From Thermodesulfobacteriota bacterium (GTDB lineage: Bacteria > Desulfobacterota_D > UBA1144 > Nemesobacterales > Nemesobacteraceae): a stretch of DNA of 64,000 nt. The translations under genes and the position numbers were made by a program. The DNA lies in assembly GCA_965202785.1 (NCBI GenBank), contig OZ241855.1:960001-1024000 (forward strand). The letters are read 5' to 3'. The notes beneath the pieces were generated by a model. It ran no database searches. It saw only the letters and a program-made list of their open reading frames with translations, and was not told the DNA's origin. Shown in pieces: positions 58,878 to 64,000 of the stretch (positions are counted from its first letter, which is position 1; each line of letters starts with the position of its first letter).

Positions 58878-58895
58878 CTTAACATAGAACTAACA
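58878..58895 (+). promoter_or_regulatory. Putative Pho box between phoB and the porin gene
   Basis: CTTAACA(58878) and ACTAACA(58889), 11-bp period, matching the pstS boxes. Confidence 0.6.
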
Positions 58896-58984
58896 ATTTA
58901 TTTATTCTGAATTAATCATTCACGCATATCATTAGGTCAGAGTTGTTAAAAGCAGAGCAACAAACACATCAAGGAGGATATGAG

Positions 58985-60259
58985 ATGAGATTTTTAGCAG
59001 TTTTAGCCGTGTCTTTTGTGACGCTGCTTTCCTTTATGCCTGTTCCCGCTCAGGCCGGCGGCGATATGAGCATCGAGGAACAGATTCAGGAACTGAAAAA
59101 GCAGATAGAGAGGCTCGAGGAGCAGAGCCAGCAGATGAACATGAAGATGTACGAGGCCACGGACTCCAAGGCCTGGTACAACAAGATAAAGGTCAAGACC
59201 AAAAAAGGCACAGGTCTTACTTTCCAGACCGCGGACAAGAACTACAAGATGAGGATGAGGCTTCGCGGCCAGTTCTTGACTAATTACATAAATCCTGACG
59301 GAGAAGATGACGAAGGTCTCGGTTTCAGGGTAAGAAGGCTCAGGGTAACGTGGGACGGTAACGCCTTTGCCCCGTGGATGAAATACAAGGTTCAGTACGA
59401 TTTCGGAAGAACTGGTGAACTCAAGGACATGAAGCTTTCGTTCGCAAAGAACAAGATGTTCGTTCCCACGGTGGGCCAGTACAAGGTTCCGTTTAACAGA
59501 GAGGTTCTTAACTCTTCATCCGCACTTCAGGTCGTAGGCCGCTCGATCATAACCGACTACTTTGAGTACGACAGGGATATCGGTGTAGGCGCTTACGGTC
59601 TTCTGGGCGGCGGGAAGCTCCGCTACGACTTAGGTCTTTTCCAGGGAGAGGGCACAAACACCAAGAACGACAAGGGTGATACCGGTATGATCTGGGCTGC
59701 CAGGGTTCAGGCGGCCGTTATCGGCGGAAAAGCCAAGAAGGTAAAAGAGAATTTCACCAAGAAGCCCACGCTCATGATTGGAGCCGCTGTCGCGGGCATA
59801 GATGTTGAAGATGGAAGTGACGGCAATATCGGAATTCCATCCGGAGAGAGGGCGCTTGAAAATGGTACGGTTACTTCCTTAACGGCAGATATAAACTACA
59901 GGGACCCGAGGTTTAACCTTACCGGTGAGTATATCGGAAGGTGGGCCAATCCCGATGAAGGCGGAGTAGGTACTGCCTATGATCAGGGTTTCAGGGTTCA
60001 GGGCGGTTTCTTCGTGATTCCGAAAAAGGTTGAGGTTGCCTCCAGGTACGCGATGGTAATGTTTGACACTGACGCAGGAGTTCTCGGGGGAAATGATCTT
60101 GACAATGTCTGGACGTTCACGCAGGGGCTTAACTACTACCTCAGCGGCAATCACAAGTGGAAGATACAGCTTGACTACACGTTCCAGAGAGAAGAGGATC
60201 TCGCTGGCGCAGAGTCTGATGAATCGATGGTAAGAGCGCAGGTTCAGGCCTACTTCTAG
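58985..60259 (+). CDS. Phosphate-selective porin (OprO/OprP family)
   Basis: Signal peptide, coiled-coil leader, FRVRRLR, VGQYKVPF, terminal Phe; located in the Pho locus. Confidence 0.85.
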   Translation: MRFLAVLAVSFVTLLSFMPVPAQAGGDMSIEEQIQELKKQIERLEEQSQQMNMKMYEATDSKAWYNKIKVKTKKGTGLTFQTADKNYKMRMRLRGQFLTNYINPDGEDDEGLGFRVRRLRVTWDGNAFAPWMKYKVQYDFGRTGELKDMKLSFAKNKMFVPTVGQYKVPFNREVLNSSSALQVVGRSIITDYFEYDRDIGVGAYGLLGGGKLRYDLGLFQGEGTNTKNDKGDTGMIWAARVQAAVIGGKAKKVKENFTKKPTLMIGAAVAGIDVEDGSDGNIGIPSGERALENGTVTSLTADINYRDPRFNLTGEYIGRWANPDEGGVGTAYDQGFRVQGGFFVIPKKVEVASRYAMVMFDTDAGVLGGNDLDNVWTFTQGLNYYLSGNHKWKIQLDYTFQREEDLAGAESDESMVRAQVQAYF

Positions 60260-60311
60260 AACCCGCGCGAAGGAACAAGTTTTTTTCTCCTTCCTTTTAA
60301 TCTGTTAGGCC

Positions 60312-60351
60312 AAAGCCCCTCGCTCCGGAGACGGTGCGAGGGGCTTTTTTT
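60312..60351 (+). terminator. Rho-independent terminator
   Basis: aaagcccctcgctccg-gaga-cggtgcgaggggc followed by T7. Confidence 0.9.
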
Positions 60352-60407
60352 GTTCATGCTCGGGCACGGTTAATTAATTCCGCCCCATCGGTTAGGATTA
60401 ACCGCAA

Positions 60408-61028
60408 ATGACAAGAGTAAAGGTATGCGGAATAACTAACTCGGAGGACGCGCTCTGTGCGGTGCGGCTGGGAGCAATGGCGCTCGGTTTTGTTTTCTAC
60501 CAAAAAAGCCCGAGATTCATTAGCCCCGAAGAGGCGGGAGAAGTAATAAGACAGATTCCCCCATTTGTAACCAAGGTGGGGGTTTTCGTAAATGCCGAGG
60601 CGGATTACCTGAAGGAAGCAAGGGACGTTGCAGGTTTTGACGTCTATCAGTTCCACGGGGATGAGACCCCGGAGTTCTGCGCCGCGTTCGCAGAGAACTA
60701 CATAAAGGCAATAAGGGTTAAGGACGCGGAAAGCCTTCATGCGGTGGAACTCTACGATACGGACGCTTTTCTTTTCGATACCTACTCGCCGGATGCCTAC
60801 GGAGGCACTGGAGAGAATTTCTCGTGGGACGTTCTTTCCCGCCGGAAACTTGAGGATAAATTCGTTATACTTTCCGGAGGACTTAACTCGGATAACGTGC
60901 GAGACGCTATACGGGCGGTGAATCCCTACGCCGTTGACGTGAGTTCCGGGGTTGAAAGCTCGCCGGGGATAAAAGATCATCTTAAACTTAAGCGGTTCAT
61001 GGAGGCCGCAAGTTATGGGCAAGGCTAA
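60408..61028 (+). CDS. trpF: Phosphoribosylanthranilate isomerase
   Basis: [26 protein letters not shown]. Confidence 0.96.
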   Translation: MTRVKVCGITNSEDALCAVRLGAMALGFVFYQKSPRFISPEEAGEVIRQIPPFVTKVGVFVNAEADYLKEARDVAGFDVYQFHGDETPEFCAAFAENYIKAIRVKDAESLHAVELYDTDAFLFDTYSPDAYGGTGENFSWDVLSRRKLEDKFVILSGGLNSDNVRDAIRAVNPYAVDVSSGVESSPGIKDHLKLKRFMEAASYGQG

Positions 61029-62214
61029 CCGGAAATACAGCTACCCTGATACGGGAGGTCATTTCGGAGACTTCGGCGGCCGCTACGTCTCAGAAACCCT
61101 GATGCCCGCTCTGATTGAGCTCCAAAGGGCTTACGAGGAAGCCGCAGCTGACGAGACTTTTCACGAGGAGATTGATTACTACCTGAAGCAGTACGCAGGA
61201 AGGCCCACTCCGCTTTATTACGCCCGTGCGATGACAGAGAGTCTCGGAGGCGCCAAGGTTTACCTTAAAAGAGAGGATCTTGCCCACACTGGCGCGCACA
61301 AGATAAATAACACGATAGGTCAGGGGGTTCTCTGCGGGAGGATGGGCAAAGACAGGATAATAGCTGAAACCGGAGCGGGACAGCATGGGGTTGCCACGGC
61401 TACTGTTGCGGCGCTTTTGAACAAGGAATGCGTGATATACATGGGGGAGGAGGACACGAAACGCCAAGAGCTTAATGTTTTCCGTATGAAGCTTCTGGGT
61501 GCTGAGGTAAGGCCCGTGGTCTCGGGCACGAAAACACTCAAAGACGCCATGAACGAGGCCATGAGAGACTGGGTTACGAACGTGAGGAACACCTTTTACA
61601 TAATAGGAAGTGTCGCCGGTCCCCATCCCTACCCCATGATGGTAAGGGATTTTCAATCCGTGATCGGGCATGAGGCGATAGAGCAGATACTCGCCGCGGA
61701 AGGAAAGTTCCCCGACACCTTGGTTGCCTGCGTTGGGGGCGGCTCAAACGCCATGGGTCTTTTCTTCCCCTTCATAGAGGAATCCGGGGTAAGGAAGATC
61801 GGTGTGGAGGCGGCGGGCCATGGTCTTGAGAGTGGCCTTCACTCCGCGACCATAACTGCGGGCTCGGTAGGGGTTCTTCACGGAAGCAAAACCTACCTGC
61901 TCCAGGACGAAGACGGCCAGGTAAAGGGAGCCCATTCCGTTGCCGCCGGCCTTGACTACCCTGGCGTGGGTCCCGAGCATTCGTATTTCCAAGACGCGGG
62001 CGAGGTCGATTACGTTTCTGTAACGGACGAAGAAGCGCTCTCGGCGTTTTCCTATCTCTCGGAAGTAGAGGGAATAATACCCGCGCTTGAGACTGCCCAC
62101 GCAATAGCACACGTGCGCAAAATCGCTCCGTCCATGTCTCCAGAGCAGATTATAGTTATCTGTCTCTCCGGCAGAGGGGATAAAGACATACATACCGCTT
62201 CCTCTCTTATATGA
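61015..62214 (+). CDS. trpB: Tryptophan synthase beta chain
   Basis: [37 protein letters not shown]. Confidence 0.98.
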   Translation: MGKANRKYSYPDTGGHFGDFGGRYVSETLMPALIELQRAYEEAAADETFHEEIDYYLKQYAGRPTPLYYARAMTESLGGAKVYLKREDLAHTGAHKINNTIGQGVLCGRMGKDRIIAETGAGQHGVATATVAALLNKECVIYMGEEDTKRQELNVFRMKLLGAEVRPVVSGTKTLKDAMNEAMRDWVTNVRNTFYIIGSVAGPHPYPMMVRDFQSVIGHEAIEQILAAEGKFPDTLVACVGGGSNAMGLFFPFIEESGVRKIGVEAAGHGLESGLHSATITAGSVGVLHGSKTYLLQDEDGQVKGAHSVAAGLDYPGVGPEHSYFQDAGEVDYVSVTDEEALSAFSYLSEVEGIIPALETAHAIAHVRKIAPSMSPEQIIVICLSGRGDKDIHTASSLI

Positions 62215-62253
62215 AGCGATTCGGACTGACCGGTTTTTCTGGTTTTTCTCCCC

Positions 62254-62293
62254 TGTCAACCCGCTTGACAATACCCATACGCGCGTATATAAA
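62254..62293 (+). promoter_or_regulatory. Internal sigma70 promoter upstream of trpA
   Basis: TTGACA(62265)-17-TATAAA(62288); the -35 is the right arm of TGTCAA-N5-TTGACA. Confidence 0.65.
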
Positions 62294-62376
62294 GCTTCCG
62301 AAGGTTGGAGGTTCGTTTTTATTCTGTTTGCTTGCGATTTCTGCGTTTCCAGGCTGCCGGCTTCTTATAAAAGCAC

Positions 62377-63177
62377 ATGGGAAGAATAAAGGAAAAATTC
62401 CACGAACTTCGGGAGAAAAACAAAGCGGCTTTAATCTGCTATGTTACCGCCGGGGACCCTGATGTCGACTTGACCGAGCAGATCATTGATCACATGGAGG
62501 CAAGCGGTGTTGACATGGTGGAAATCGGCATACCCTTTTCGGACCCCATGGCGGACGGGCCGGTAATCCAGGCTGCTTCGGAACGGGCTCTTGCTAACTC
62601 GACATCCGTTTCCGACGTGCTTTCGCTTGTTAAAAGGATAAGGTCCCGCTCGGATATTCCCGTGATACTTTTCGGCTACTACAACCCTTTTTTCTCCTAT
62701 GGCACCGAGCGATTCGCACGCGACGCCCGCGAGGCGGGAGCGGACGGAGTTCTGGTCGTTGATCTTCCACCCGAGGAAGCTGGGGAACTGAGCATCCATG
62801 TTGAGCAGGAAGGGCTTGACCGAATCTTTCTGCTTGCCCCTACGAGTACCGAAGAAAGGATAGAGATGGTGTCGCAAAACGCCTCGGGTTTTATCTACGT
62901 GGTTTCGGTTACCGGGGTCACAGGAGCGCGTCCTGACATGGACTACGATCTCGAGGATCTGGTGGGAAGAATAAAGCGCCGCTCGGAGCTTCCCGTCGGG
63001 GTAGGTTTCGGGGTTTCCTCCGCGCGTCAGGCCGCCGCGATAGCCTCTTTTTCCGACGCTGTTATCGTGGGAAGCGCCCTTGTGAGAATAATCGAGAGCG
63101 GTGGAGAGGAGAGGCAGGAAATGCTGGGTAGGATTTCAAGCTTTACGGAGGAACTTAGCGCCGCCTGCTACAGGTAG
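62377..63177 (+). CDS. trpA: Tryptophan synthase alpha chain
   Basis: EIGIPFSDPMADGPVIQ, LLAPTS, GVTG, VGFG. Confidence 0.98.
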   Translation: MGRIKEKFHELREKNKAALICYVTAGDPDVDLTEQIIDHMEASGVDMVEIGIPFSDPMADGPVIQAASERALANSTSVSDVLSLVKRIRSRSDIPVILFGYYNPFFSYGTERFARDAREAGADGVLVVDLPPEEAGELSIHVEQEGLDRIFLLAPTSTEERIEMVSQNASGFIYVVSVTGVTGARPDMDYDLEDLVGRIKRRSELPVGVGFGVSSARQAAAIASFSDAVIVGSALVRIIESGGEERQEMLGRISSFTEELSAACYR

Positions 63178-63198
63178 ACGTTCTGAATTCCAGGTACG

Positions 63199-64000
63199 AT
63201 GAGTACGAACGGGGAAAGGCGATATATGTTCATCGGAGAATTTGACATTCTCCTGATGAGTCTTTTTAAGAACAGGGGCCAGGTAACAGAACTTGATTCT
63301 CCTGATGATGCGCTTAATCAGAAGGGAGTCTTTACGCTTATAGTTGTAAACAACGAATTTGCAACCAAGGAGTTTCTGAGATCTCTTGCTTACAGTTATC
63401 CCGAGAGCCCGATAGTTGTTTCCGCCGACGGTGAGCGGCGCAAGGACGGCTATATAGCGAGATATGTGAAATTCGATGAAGTTGCAACCAACCAGATATC
63501 CTTTGAGGAGAAGCTTGCGAGATCCGATATCTCCGTAAGACTGATAAGAGAGGTTCACCGCGACGCGAAGAAGCTTCTCATACTCGTTCATAACCAGCCT
63601 GACCCGGATGCGATCGCAAGCGCCATGGCCCTTCGGACCCTCCTTAGAAGAAACAAGAAAACGGCGACCATAGGATATCTGGGGGAGAGAATTTCAAGAC
63701 CCGAGAACGTGGCCATGGTGGAGCTTATGGACATAGACTTGCAGGTGATTTCCCAAAATGACATAAAAAATTTCAATTCCATAGCACTTGTTGATGTGCA
63801 GCCTTCTTATTTTAGAGGGGAGATTACAGATGTCGATTCGGTGATCGACCATCATCCGATAACCCCCGAGTGCGACGCGAAATTCACCGAGATAAGTTCC
63901 GAAGAAGGAGCCACCGCGACGATCATGACCCGGCTCCTCAGGGCCGCCCAGGTTGAGATTTCCGCAAAACTTTCAACCGCGCTTCTCTACGGAATAAAAA
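63199..64000 (+). CDS. DHH-family phosphoesterase (3'-truncated at window edge)
   Basis: Hand translation from ATG 63199 gives in-frame HNQPDPDAIAS (around 63600) and VIDHH (63841); absent from the ORF track because there is no stop in the window. Confidence 0.88.
   Translation, partial: MSTNGERRYMFIGEFDILLMSLFKNRGQVTELDSPDDALNQKGVFTLIVVNNEFATKEFLRSLAYSYPESPIVVSADGERRKDGYIARYVKFDEVATNQISFEEKLARSDISVRLIREVHRDAKKLLILVHNQPDPDAIASAMALRTLLRRNKKTATIGYLGERISRPENVAMVELMDIDLQVISQNDIKNFNSIALVDVQPSYFRGEITDVDSVIDHHPITPECDAKFTEISSEEGATATIMTRLLRAAQVEISAKLSTALLYGIK

Noticed and set aside
601-63782. Numerous antisense/overlapping ORFs in the track (e.g. 601..1470, 4009..4800, 54244..55002, 60354..61022)
   Set aside because: They are shadows of well-supported genes on the opposite strand or frame and carry no motifs of their own.

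Overview
Bacterial chromosomal window. Gene content tentatively suggests a deltaproteobacteria-like lineage such as Ca. Dadabacteria, but this is not established from the sequence. The left arm is housekeeping: 5'-truncated uvrC, argBDF, a TonB-dependent receptor, and a co-oriented run of xerC-hslV-hslU followed by the four-gene circularly-permuted ATP-grasp / alpha-E / Anbu protease / transglutaminase module. About 14.6-32.4 kb is a defence island. It holds a Gabija-like OLD nuclease + UvrD pair, a second OLD nuclease, a previously uncalled SLATT-TIR remnant between them, an AAA/DUF4143 gene behind a 3x23-bp tandem repeat, an ApeA-like HEPN protein, and a type I R-M system whose hsdS carries 122-bp direct repeats. 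About 32.5-43.5 kb encodes surface-glycan modification. The right arm carries miscellaneous genes, a complete Pho locus (pstSCAB-phoU, phoBR, OprP-like porin) with 11-bp-period boxes, trpFBA and a 3'-truncated DHH phosphoesterase. I saw no tRNA, rRNA, CRISPR array or intact transposase. All family assignments come from motif recognition by eye, with no database searches.
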